DNA of 17,128 nucleotides from positions 1 through 17,128 of the forward strand of contig CAZVGK010000047.1 in the NCBI GenBank assembly GCA_964626665.1, in the 5' to 3' direction. The notes under the pieces are model-generated. The model was not told the origin of the DNA and did no database searches. It saw nothing but the letters and a program-made list of their open reading frames with translations. The translations under genes and the position numbers were made by a program. How positions within the stretch are numbered: position 1 is the stretch's first letter; the number at the start of each line of letters is the position of its first letter. Shown piece after piece: positions 1 through 6,719 of this stretch. Origin of the DNA: an uncultured Gemmatimonadota bacterium (GTDB taxonomy: Bacteria; SM23-81; DAOVCL01).

Positions 1-41
1 AAATTGGCCTTGCAACTGCTATGCGCCTGTTCTTTACCCAA

Positions 42-180
42 CCGATTCTGCCACCCTCCCTGTGCCCTCAGGTAAGGGCACTTGATAGCTGGCCGATAAC
101 GGTCAGATGAGGCCACCTGACCGCTCAATCAGAGAAGTTGCCCTACGAAACCAGATAGGAAGAAAAATAAGAAGTGTCCC
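42..180. repeat. Element A, partial copy (right part with hairpins and right terminal repeat)
   Basis: Aligns without gaps to 1699-1837 (139 bp, 10 mismatches by eye). Contains hairpins GTGCCCT-N6-AGGGCAC and CGGTCAG-N10-CTGACCG. Ends in aaaataagaagtgtccc. Confidence 0.9.
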
Positions 181-220
181 TATTTTCCCTATTTTCCTTC
201 CCCTATTTTCCCTATTTTCT
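178..220. repeat. Short tandem repeats of CCCTATTTT abutting the element A end
   Basis: Sequence reads ccctatttt ccctatttt ccttc ccctatttt ccctatttt ct. Confidence 0.85.
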
Positions 221-413
221 CCAGAAGGAGGAGAAGGTAATTAGGTTAAGGTTTGGATTGGGTGATGGGCGACCGCGCACCTTGGAAGAGATAGGAACTA
301 TCTTCAACCTGACCAGGGAGAGGGTGAGACAGATAGAGGCCAAAGCCCTGCAGAAGTTAAGGCATCCCAGTAGGGCCGAAAGCCTCAGAAGGTTCTTTGA
401 CCTTTCCCCATAG
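219..413 (+). pseudogene. 5'-truncated primary-type sigma-70 factor (RpoD/SigA-like), region 4 only
   Basis: [50 protein letters not shown] is the classic group 1/2 sigma-70 region 4.2 HTH. The upstream in-frame residues ([15 protein letters not shown]) derive from the repeat, and regions 1-3 are absent. Confidence 0.85.
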
Positions 414-493
414 CTCCCCTCCTGCAAGCTCCTTATTTAGGTAGGGGGTCGGCTGGACGGTGCTCAAATGGTAAGTGTAAAAAGGAGAAAGTC

Positions 494-1552
494 ATGACTG
501 AAAATAAAACTGAAGCGGAATCGAAGGTTAAGCGCGAGGATAGAAAAGTCTGGATTGAGGGTGTGCCGTGGCTGGGTTGGGGAAAGGACAGAGAATGCAC
601 CTTCGCTGGAGCGTTGGAGGCAGCCTTAGCGGCGACAGAGCATCCCTGTAAGTATTCCGATATTATGGGGCTTACTGGCTTGGCCTTTCGTGTGCGCTGG
701 TATCAGGGGGACACCGGGAAGCGATGGTGTCCGTCAAGTCCGGTTGGGGAGTTTCCGGAGGAAATAGCGGCCATCCAAAAGGCCACAGGTTGGCAGTTCC
801 GGGATGAAGTCCTTCTGGGGGAGGGTAACCCGCGGATGGAGCGCTTTGCGCCGGACATCGTTGCTTCCTTGGACGCAGGCAAACCGGTTCTTGCCTACGA
901 AGAAAGGCTGAACATGGATGTGGTATACGGCTATGAGGATAGCGGCAAGACCTTGCTCCTGCGGGATTATTTTAAGGGTGAATCGCCCCTTATGCTGCCC
1001 GCTTCCCAGCTCGGTCCTTTCCTGATCTTCCTCCGTGATCACGCCGAGCCTTTGTCTCCCCTCGCCGCCCTGACAGAGGCTTTGAACATTGCGGTGCGAA
1101 ACTGGCGACGAGATCCCCTTCCTGCTGAAAAGGGCAAATACTGGTACGGCGATGCGGCCCTATCCACATGGATTGAGGATCTCGGTCAAGTTGATGAGTT
1201 GACGGAAAAGGAACGAGAACTGCTATTCTTTGTCAGTTGGTGGAACTTTGACAGCCTGTTCGACGCTCGCCTGGCAGCCGTGTCCTTCCTTCAAGAAAGT
1301 GCTGCAGTCCTAAAAGGGGAAAGCCACGAGGCACTCAAGCGTGCGGCGACGCTATATCAACAGGAAGTGAATCTTCTCGGCTCTGTGTTTACAGAGAAAA
1401 ATGCCTTCCTCGGCCCTTGGAGCGGAAAGTCCACAAAGGACTGGTCTGCTGATGTGCAGCAAAGTGAGAGGGGAATCTTAGTGAAGGCCCAGAAGATAGA
1501 AATGGATGCCATTGCGGAGACGGAGAAGGTTGTAACCGTTGCCGATGTTTAG
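494..1552 (+). CDS. Hypothetical protein (352 aa), possibly a degenerate papain-like (C39/BtrH-like) N-terminal domain plus a helical C-terminal domain
   Basis: Long ORF with RBS AAGGAG at 482-487. Motifs ECTFAGAL, YSDIMGLTGLAFR, SLDAGKPVLA and VVYGY recall C39/BtrH-like folds. The fold call is tentative. Confidence 0.75.
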   Translation: MTENKTEAESKVKREDRKVWIEGVPWLGWGKDRECTFAGALEAALAATEHPCKYSDIMGLTGLAFRVRWYQGDTGKRWCPSSPVGEFPEEIAAIQKATGWQFRDEVLLGEGNPRMERFAPDIVASLDAGKPVLAYEERLNMDVVYGYEDSGKTLLLRDYFKGESPLMLPASQLGPFLIFLRDHAEPLSPLAALTEALNIAVRNWRRDPLPAEKGKYWYGDAALSTWIEDLGQVDELTEKERELLFFVSWWNFDSLFDARLAAVSFLQESAAVLKGESHEALKRAATLYQQEVNLLGSVFTEKNAFLGPWSGKSTKDWSADVQQSERGILVKAQKIEMDAIAETEKVVTVADV

Positions 1553-1626
1553 GGTTAAATTAGGGACACTTCCCATTTTCTGTGCCCTTGGTTAAATTAG
1601 GGACACTTCCCATTTTCTGTGCCCTT
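1553..1626. repeat. Perfect 37-bp tandem duplication that includes the left terminal repeat of element A
   Basis: ggttaaattagggacacttcccattttctgtgccctt at 1553-1589 and 1590-1626. Confidence 0.95.
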
Positions 1627-1837
1627 AAGCAGATGTCTTGTCTTTGAGAAAGGCTATTTCGGTTCGGTATTTAATCCCAAAGGCGAGGTGGCAGAACCCC
1701 GATTCTGCCACCCTCCCCGTGCCCTCAGGTAAGGGCACTTGATGGCTGGCCGAGGGCGGTCAGATGAGGCCACCTGACCGCTCAATCAAAGAAGTTGCCA
1801 TATGAAACCAGATAGGAAGAAAAATGGGAAGTGTCCC
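1600..1837. mobile_element. Element A: non-autonomous MITE/REPIN-like element, 238 bp, with perfect 17-bp TIRs
   Basis: TIRs GGGACACTTCCCATTTT (1600-1616) and AAAATGGGAAGTGTCCC (1821-1837). Three internal hairpins: GGTGGCAGAA/TTCTGCCACC, GTGCCCT/AGGGCAC and GCGGTCAG/CTGACCGC. Second partial copy at 42-180. No ORF. Confidence 0.75.
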
Positions 1838-1875
1838 CATTTTTTTTAAGTGAGAATTAACAGGCTTATTATCGG

Positions 1876-1904
1876 TTGCAATTCTTTTACTTTTATGTTA
1901 TCTT
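1876..1904 (+). promoter_or_regulatory. Putative sigma-70 promoter of the VapBC-like operon
   Basis: TTGCAA, 17 nt spacer, TATCTT with an extended -10 TG. Lies 45 nt before the antitoxin ATG, which has an AAGGAG RBS. Confidence 0.55.
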
Positions 1905-1949
1905 AGAGTGAGCAAAGGCAAATTCAGTAAAAAAAGGAGATGATCGAAG

Positions 1950-2153
1950 ATGAATGACATCACCCTTAAGATCCCTTCCGAAGTAATTATGAAAATCTTA
2001 CGACGAATTCCTCAGAGGCAACTGAGGGAGCTCCAGGGAAAAATCCAGAGGGAGGAGGTAAAATCAGTTCCAGCGGGCTACCTTCTTAAACTCGCTGGCA
2101 TCGCTTCCATCGGAGGAGATGCGGTTAAAGACACGGAAGAAGTATGGCAGTGA
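1950..2153 (+). CDS. Putative antitoxin (VapB-like), 67 aa
   Basis: Small ORF with a strong RBS that overlaps the PIN gene. C-terminus LAGIASIGGDAVKDTEE is typical of small VapB-type partners. Confidence 0.7.
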   Translation: MNDITLKIPSEVIMKILRRIPQRQLRELQGKIQREEVKSVPAGYLLKLAGIASIGGDAVKDTEEVWQ

Positions 2154-2599
2154 ACAAGGCAATCGTAGATGCTAATGTCCTGTTGGCACTGATAGATAAA
2201 GAGGATAAGTGGCACCATAAAGCCGAGACTATTGCGAAGGCTCTAAAAGAAAAAGATTGGGAAGTTGTCTACCTCGATTGTGTGTTGAATGAGGTGGTCT
2301 CAGTTCTCGGTAAAAGGCTTGAAGAACAGAATAAGGTTCACTATTTTACCGGGCTCATAGAAAAACTGGAGGAGACCGTAAGCGAAGAGAAGATCGAGTG
2401 GCTTTACCCCGAAGTGCCGAATCTTTATACCGATATTATGAAATTAGTAAAGGAAAAAGAAGGGAGGCTTAACTTTCACGATGCCTTAATAGCCCTATTT
2501 GCCAAAGAGTATAGCTTAGGCTACATTGTAAGTTTTGACCTGGATTTTGACGGAATAGACTGGATTACAAGAATAAAAAATGAAGAGGAGATAGGATAA
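2144..2599 (+). CDS. vapC: PIN-domain ribonuclease toxin (VapC family)
   Basis: PIN acidic motifs IVDANVL, VLNEVV, LNFHDAL and SFDLDFD. The start could be GTG 2150 (GTGA overlap with the antitoxin stop). Confidence 0.88.
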   Translation: MAVNKAIVDANVLLALIDKEDKWHHKAETIAKALKEKDWEVVYLDCVLNEVVSVLGKRLEEQNKVHYFTGLIEKLEETVSEEKIEWLYPEVPNLYTDIMKLVKEKEGRLNFHDALIALFAKEYSLGYIVSFDLDFDGIDWITRIKNEEEIG

Positions 2600-2704
2600 G
2601 ATTTTCCTCCCTCTAAGGGGTTCTTTTAACCAGTTCTATCATACTACTTCGAGTTGAAAGGCGAGCCTCCAGATTTTAAGGTTTCTTTAGATAGGCACGC
2701 ATAG

Positions 2705-2898
2705 GGGGTCAGGTCTTGCCTTTTGCTACCCTTGAGGCTATCCTGAATAGTGAACCCCCAAGAATTTCTCAACCTCCCTCAGTAGAACCTTGGAGTGCTG
2801 TGACTCCTGTCACAGCATGCGTCAACAGGAGTTGACGCACTCCATAAAATTAGAGCAGATGCACACAGAATAAATAGCAAAAAGCAAGACCTGACCCC
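2705..2898. mobile_element. Element B: MITE/REPIN-like element with 24-bp TIRs carrying an internal REP doublet
   Basis: TIRs GGGGTCAGGTCTTGCCTTTTGCTA (2705-2728) and TAGCAAAAAGCAAGACCTGACCCC (2875-2898), one mismatch. The left end and the REP recur at 7404-7651. Confidence 0.75.
2792..2843. repeat. REP-like doublet (two inverted GGAG-headed hairpins)
   Basis: GGAGT-GCTGTGAC-tcct-GTCACAGC-AT-GCGTCAAC-agga-GTTGACGC-ACTCC. Identical 52-bp copy at 7600-7651. Confidence 0.9.
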
Positions 2899-2925
2899 TA
2901 TTGTTTGATGACCCCTATTGTTTGA
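2892..2925. repeat. 17-bp tandem duplication at the right end of element B
   Basis: tgacccctattgtttga at 2892-2908 and 2909-2925. Confidence 0.9.
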
Positions 2926-2935
2926 CCCACCGGCG

Positions 2936-2963
2936 AGAAAAAATGGGAAGTGTTCCCATTTTT
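2936..2963. repeat. Solo element-A-type terminal repeat
   Basis: agaaaaaatgggaagtgttcccattttt resembles agaaaaatgggaagtgtccccattttt at 1818-1844. Confidence 0.75.
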
Positions 2964-3050
2964 AATGAATAAATCGGGTTAGATAGCAACCCCTGAAAAT
3001 TCCTAAAGTTTTCGCTGGAAAAGTCGATAAAATATTTAGTAAAAAAATGT

Positions 3051-3079
3051 TTGACTTTCAGATCATTCTTGGTTATTCT
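3051..3079 (+). promoter_or_regulatory. Putative sigma-70 promoter with no intact gene immediately downstream
   Basis: TTGACT, 17 nt spacer, TATTCT, preceded by an A-rich tract. Confidence 0.5.
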
Positions 3080-3250
3080 GTGACAGTGTGAAGGGGAAGC
3101 TTGATTTCTGTGAATGGATAGGGAAAGCGATCATAGGTATTTGCATAGAGCTTGTTAGAGTCATATCACTGAGGTGGCACTAAGGAGACAAGGTTTGATC
3201 TGTAGGAGAGCAGCTTTTTATAATTTTATGGACGTCCCCTTATTCCCTTT

Positions 3251-3448
3251 TGCAGAGCGGGGCTCACGAAGCGCGCTACCTGTCATACCTTTCGGCATTC
3301 ATTCGCAACCCATTTGCTGGAAAGCGGATCGGATATCCGTACGTTGCAGGAGCTTTTGGGTCACAAGGATGTGAAAACCACAATGGTTTATACGTAGGTG
3401 TTGAACCGTGGCCCGGTTGGGGTTCGCAGTCCGGCGGACTCCCTGTAA
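3251..3448 (+). pseudogene. intI: Integron integrase remnant (C-terminal ~65 codons with an internal stop)
   Basis: Frame from 3251 reads [64 protein letters not shown]. This holds the tyrosine-recombinase HxxRH, LGH and catalytic Y motifs plus the IntI-typical YT(H)VLNRG..GVRSP.D tail. TAG at 3395-3397 replaces His, and the 5' part is missing. Confidence 0.92.
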
Positions 3449-3595
3449 AGGGGAAGAAAGCGTATTATGCTGATCCATATAAGACCCCTTCTCAATACGA
3501 ATGCGGCACAGAAGCCATTTATAAACAATGACTTGGATGTCGCTCATCCCACGCTTTCCTGAGCATTTTATATTGCAAACTATCTATGACGGGGT

Positions 3596-3626
3596 GTTAT
3601 ATGTATTCATATAATCATTGTTAGGC
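3596..3626 (+). other. Putative integron attI site (crossover G|TTAGGC at 3620/3621)
   Basis: GTTRRRY core GTTAGGC preceded by imperfect palindrome ttatatgtattcatataa (3597-3614). A related motif ttatgctgatccatataa sits at 3465-3482. The core nearly complements the R'' box ACCTAAC of the next attC. Confidence 0.6.
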
Positions 3627-3667
3627 CACTACCCTTTTCTCTCAAGACAAATTCTTCAAGCGAAAGG

Positions 3668-3676
3668 TGGTATAAT
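3668..3676 (+). promoter_or_regulatory. Extended -10 promoter of the TA cassette
   Basis: TGgTATAAT, 45 nt upstream of ATG 3722. RBS GGAGG at 3709-3713. Confidence 0.6.
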
Positions 3677-3721
3677 TTTATTAATTGAGGTTAACTAACA
3701 ACTTATTCGGAGGAAACAACA

Positions 3722-3991
3722 ATGGAGCTTCATGAACTGGTTGTTGAAATGAAATTGTTGGAACGCCGTTTGACTCCTTACGAAGAGAAGTACGGCATCC
3801 TTAGCGAAGACTTCTATAAGGCTTTGATGTCAGGTAAACTGGCAAAATACGATGAATATGATGAAACACGTGCGGATTTCAGCCGTTGGAAGGGGATTTA
3901 CGAAACCTGGCTGCGACGCAAGAAGGCTTATGAGACCCAATTAAAGCAGCGTGATTTAGCCGAAGTCTTGCGCTTTCAGCCTGCGTATTGA
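3722..3991 (+). CDS. TumA-like antitoxin, 89 aa
   Basis: [14 protein letters not shown]....SGKL...DFSRW pattern characteristic of small partners of DUF6516/TumE toxins. GGAGG RBS. Confidence 0.7.
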   Translation: MELHELVVEMKLLERRLTPYEEKYGILSEDFYKALMSGKLAKYDEYDETRADFSRWKGIYETWLRRKKAYETQLKQRDLAEVLRFQPAY

Positions 3992-4422
3992 TTATGGAGC
4001 GAAATCTTCTGAGGTCGTTGGACGATAACAGTCGTTTCATAGCCGAGTTGCTTAACCGCCCTGCGGTCAAGCGTTCTACGGTGGTGGTTTGGTCCAGCAG
4101 TCCTTACACGGGGGTGGCCGAAGGGAAAGCCTTCTTCGTGCAAGGTTTCCGGTTGCGGGTGAGGGAGGAGTTGGATTTTGAGACCGGGGTTATAACCTCA
4201 TATGGGTACGAGGTGTATCGGGGTAAAGAGCGGTTGTATTGGTATGATGATTTTCCTCATCCTGATGATCCGACTTTAGCATCAACTTTTCCCCATCATA
4301 AGCATATTCCGCCTGATATAAAGCGTCATCGTGTTCCTGCGCGGGAGATAAGGTTTGATCGTGCCAATTTGCCAGTTGTTATTCAGGAGATTGAGGAGTT
4401 TATAGGTGAGGGGATGACCTAA
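3988..4422 (+). CDS. TumE-like (DUF6516) toxin, ~144 aa
   Basis: YGYEVY...[10 protein letters not shown]...STFPHHKH motif. Overlaps the antitoxin stop; alternative start ATG 3994. Confidence 0.78.
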   Translation: MIMERNLLRSLDDNSRFIAELLNRPAVKRSTVVVWSSSPYTGVAEGKAFFVQGFRLRVREELDFETGVITSYGYEVYRGKERLYWYDDFPHPDDPTLASTFPHHKHIPPDIKRHRVPAREIRFDRANLPVVIQEIEEFIGEGMT

Positions 4423-4494
4423 CAACTCGCTCCAGCCGACTGCTTCCTCGCTCGCTTCGCTCGGTCGCAGCGGCTGAGCTCGAAGCCGTTAGGT
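4417..4494 (+). other. Integron attC site, 78 bp
   Basis: R'' ACCTAAC (4417-4423) and R' GTTAGGT (4488-4494) are perfectly complementary. Inner arms CTCCAGCCG and CGGCTGAG pair with one extra-helical base. Central GC-rich palindromic region. Confidence 0.92.
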
Positions 4495-4879
4495 CATGAA
4501 ATTGAATTGCAGACATGTTCGAGAATAGCCCTCAGATGCCGCGACTGAAGCGTAAAACATGAAAGAGAACGCTTGATATTCGATGAATGAAGCTAGAGAT
4601 CCTCCCCCACATTACTACTCTTCGTCATCGCCGTCAACAAAGCCCACGAAGGCACCAACCCAGCAACACTGTCATGACGGAGTTGTGAGAGCAGAAGCAA
4701 GCTTGACGTCATTGAATGTGCCGACGGCAAGCGCCACAACTTGCCAATCAGAACACTTGAAATAGCAGTTGACAATATGTCATATTCAAGCGCAAGATCG
4801 GCTACTACATGCCGAGGATTTATTCATGTGCAAGCACATTTTTACTATTAACAGGGATTCCGTTTTTCAAAAAAGAAAT

Positions 4880-4959
4880 TAAATATTGAAAATGCAAATT
4901 ATTTTCTATCTCATTGCAAAATTGCGATATTTCCTATCTTTAAGCATTTTCAATGTTTA
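4880..4959. promoter_or_regulatory. AT-rich inverted repeat (16-bp arms, 48-nt spacer) upstream of the three-gene operon
   Basis: taaatattgaaaatgc (4880-4895) and gcattttcaatgttta (4944-4959) are 15/16 complementary. Confidence 0.5.
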
Positions 4960-5013
4960 TTTTGAAGACCCAAAAGTGGAATCCCTGATTAAGATAGAAC
5001 GGAGGTGAATATT

Positions 5014-5472
5014 ATGTCATCTGAGTTAGTGTCATCTCAAAGTAATCAAGGGCTTCGCGCTCTCGATCCTGATCTTCCTTTCCTGGCATCAGAGGCTGCA
5101 ATTGATATCGACAATCTGCTCTCAAACAGGTCCAAAGAACTAACGGCCATACGGCGTTTGGCTAGCCGACTGAATAATTCTATTAAACTGGACACTGCTG
5201 GTGGTCCCCCGCGCTCGCTGATGGATCCGGCTATGCTAACCGTACTTGGCGAGGCGATGGGGGAGGCTTTGAAAAACCAGTCTTTGCAGACGGTCGAAGA
5301 TTTGCTTGACGAAGCGACAAAGATAGCCAAAGTCCTATCTAGTGAAGACCTAAGTCAGAGCCCTGTGGAGAGCAAACAGGCGAGGGATTTCTGCGTCGCC
5401 CTCTCAAGGGCTGTAATGGTCTACCACAAGTCAATCCGTGATCTACGCCCGTCGCATCCGTTTCGGAGGTAA
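5014..5472 (+). CDS. Hypothetical, probably all-helical protein (152 aa)
   Basis: SD GGAGGTG at 5001-5007 favours ATG 5014 over GTG 5005. First gene of a tightly packed operon. No family recognised. Confidence 0.75.
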   Translation: MSSELVSSQSNQGLRALDPDLPFLASEAAIDIDNLLSNRSKELTAIRRLASRLNNSIKLDTAGGPPRSLMDPAMLTVLGEAMGEALKNQSLQTVEDLLDEATKIAKVLSSEDLSQSPVESKQARDFCVALSRAVMVYHKSIRDLRPSHPFRR

Positions 5473-5474
5473 AG

Positions 5475-6719
5475 GTGTCCACAATTGTGCATGCACGGAA
5501 GCGGCTCAACGCCGTTCTAAGTGAGATCGATCGGCTGAAACAGTCTGAGTTCCCTTACGCACATCCACGCGATGGGCTGGAACTTTTGGATGGGATGTTC
5601 AAAAAGCAGCAATCCGTGCTGGGAAAGGTATCTCCAAGCGCACCAGCCAACGTGACTCATAACGCGTGTAGCACATCTCTATATCAACTACATGTCTACG
5701 TTCCCATTCTCGGTTTCATACTTCGTTCGACCAATGTTCGCAATGCGTTCGAAGCTTACCCTCTTTTGCTGCGACTTGCTCAAAGTGTCATGGGAACCGA
5801 CACGAAGTTGATCGTATCGTCCGAATGGGAATTTTCACCCTTCGTTTATCGGTCTATGACTGACTTACCTGGCTTCGTTCTTATCGGCTTGCCTGCTCCA
5901 GAATCGTCCAACCCGTTGCTCATCCCCTTGGCCGGACATGAACTGGGGCACTCCGTTTGGGAGACCGAACGCTTCTCGGCTAAGTTCGAGAAACAAATTG
6001 AGGATGGTATCTTGGGTGAGCTGAAAGGTAATCGGTGGCAGGACTATCTGTCGCTTTACCCGCAATCCAAGAAGTCGGATCTTGATGGGACCGATATGTT
6101 CGTACGGTCTACCTGGCTGCCAGCCTACACTTGGGCATTATTGCAATCCGAGGAGATATTCTGCGATTTCTTCGGGTTGTGCCTTTTCGCAGAATCATAC
6201 CTACACGCCTTTGCTTATCTGATTTCTCCAGGCACATCCGGCCAACGCCCGTTACGCTACCCCAACATCACGCGTCGCATAGCTCATCTTGTTGACGCGG
6301 CCAAGAAAATGGCAGTATCGGTTCCGCCAGGATTCAAGTCGGACTTCGCAGATGAAATCGAACCGGTGGAACCAGCGACAAAACTGCTTGTATCAATCGC
6401 CGACACTGTGTCAGACTCCCTTGCGTCTAACCTGATTAGACTAGCGCAGGACTTCGCGAAAGAAAAAACAGTTCCCACACGGAATCTCGCGCAGGTGTCG
6501 GACATCTACGACAAGTTCCGCAAGATGATCGTGCCGACTTCGGCGCAACAGTCCCTTACAGATATATTGAATGCTGGATGGAACTGCGATCTGGAACCAG
6601 ATCTTTGGAAGAATGTTCCTCAGGTCAAGCCTGAGCAGAGGGACCGTATTCTGCGGGATCTCATACTTAAAAGCATGGAGGTCTCTGAAGTCCATGAACG
6701 AACGATGGAATCACCATGA
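5475..6719 (+). CDS. HExxH zinc-metallopeptidase-like protein (gluzincin pattern), 414 aa
   Basis: HELGH at 5937-5951, a downstream EEIFCD (third-ligand E..xD pattern) at 6150 and YPNITRRI resembling the M48-type HPxxxxR motif. SD GGAGG before the GTG. Confidence 0.7.
   Translation: MSTIVHARKRLNAVLSEIDRLKQSEFPYAHPRDGLELLDGMFKKQQSVLGKVSPSAPANVTHNACSTSLYQLHVYVPILGFILRSTNVRNAFEAYPLLLRLAQSVMGTDTKLIVSSEWEFSPFVYRSMTDLPGFVLIGLPAPESSNPLLIPLAGHELGHSVWETERFSAKFEKQIEDGILGELKGNRWQDYLSLYPQSKKSDLDGTDMFVRSTWLPAYTWALLQSEEIFCDFFGLCLFAESYLHAFAYLISPGTSGQRPLRYPNITRRIAHLVDAAKKMAVSVPPGFKSDFADEIEPVEPATKLLVSIADTVSDSLASNLIRLAQDFAKEKTVPTRNLAQVSDIYDKFRKMIVPTSAQQSLTDILNAGWNCDLEPDLWKNVPQVKPEQRDRILRDLILKSMEVSEVHERTMESP

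Larger units (their letters stand above)
3621..4488 (+). mobile_element. Integron gene cassette 1 (toxin-antitoxin cassette with its own promoter)
   Basis: Bounded by GTTAGGC (3620) and the attC crossover GTTAGGT (4488). The stop codon of the last ORF lies inside the R'' box. Confidence 0.75.

Noticed and set aside
1553-1626. 37-bp repeats as a CRISPR array
   Set aside because: Only two copies, directly adjacent with no spacer, no cas genes, and the unit contains the element-A TIR.
3174-3547. ORF-track ORFs 3174-3374, 3250-3531 and 3299-3547
   Set aside because: Off-frame or antisense shadows of the intI remnant, whose true frame starts at 3251.
4583-4775. 60-aa ORFs on both strands in the leader
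   Set aside because: Low-complexity translations, no convincing RBS or family motif.
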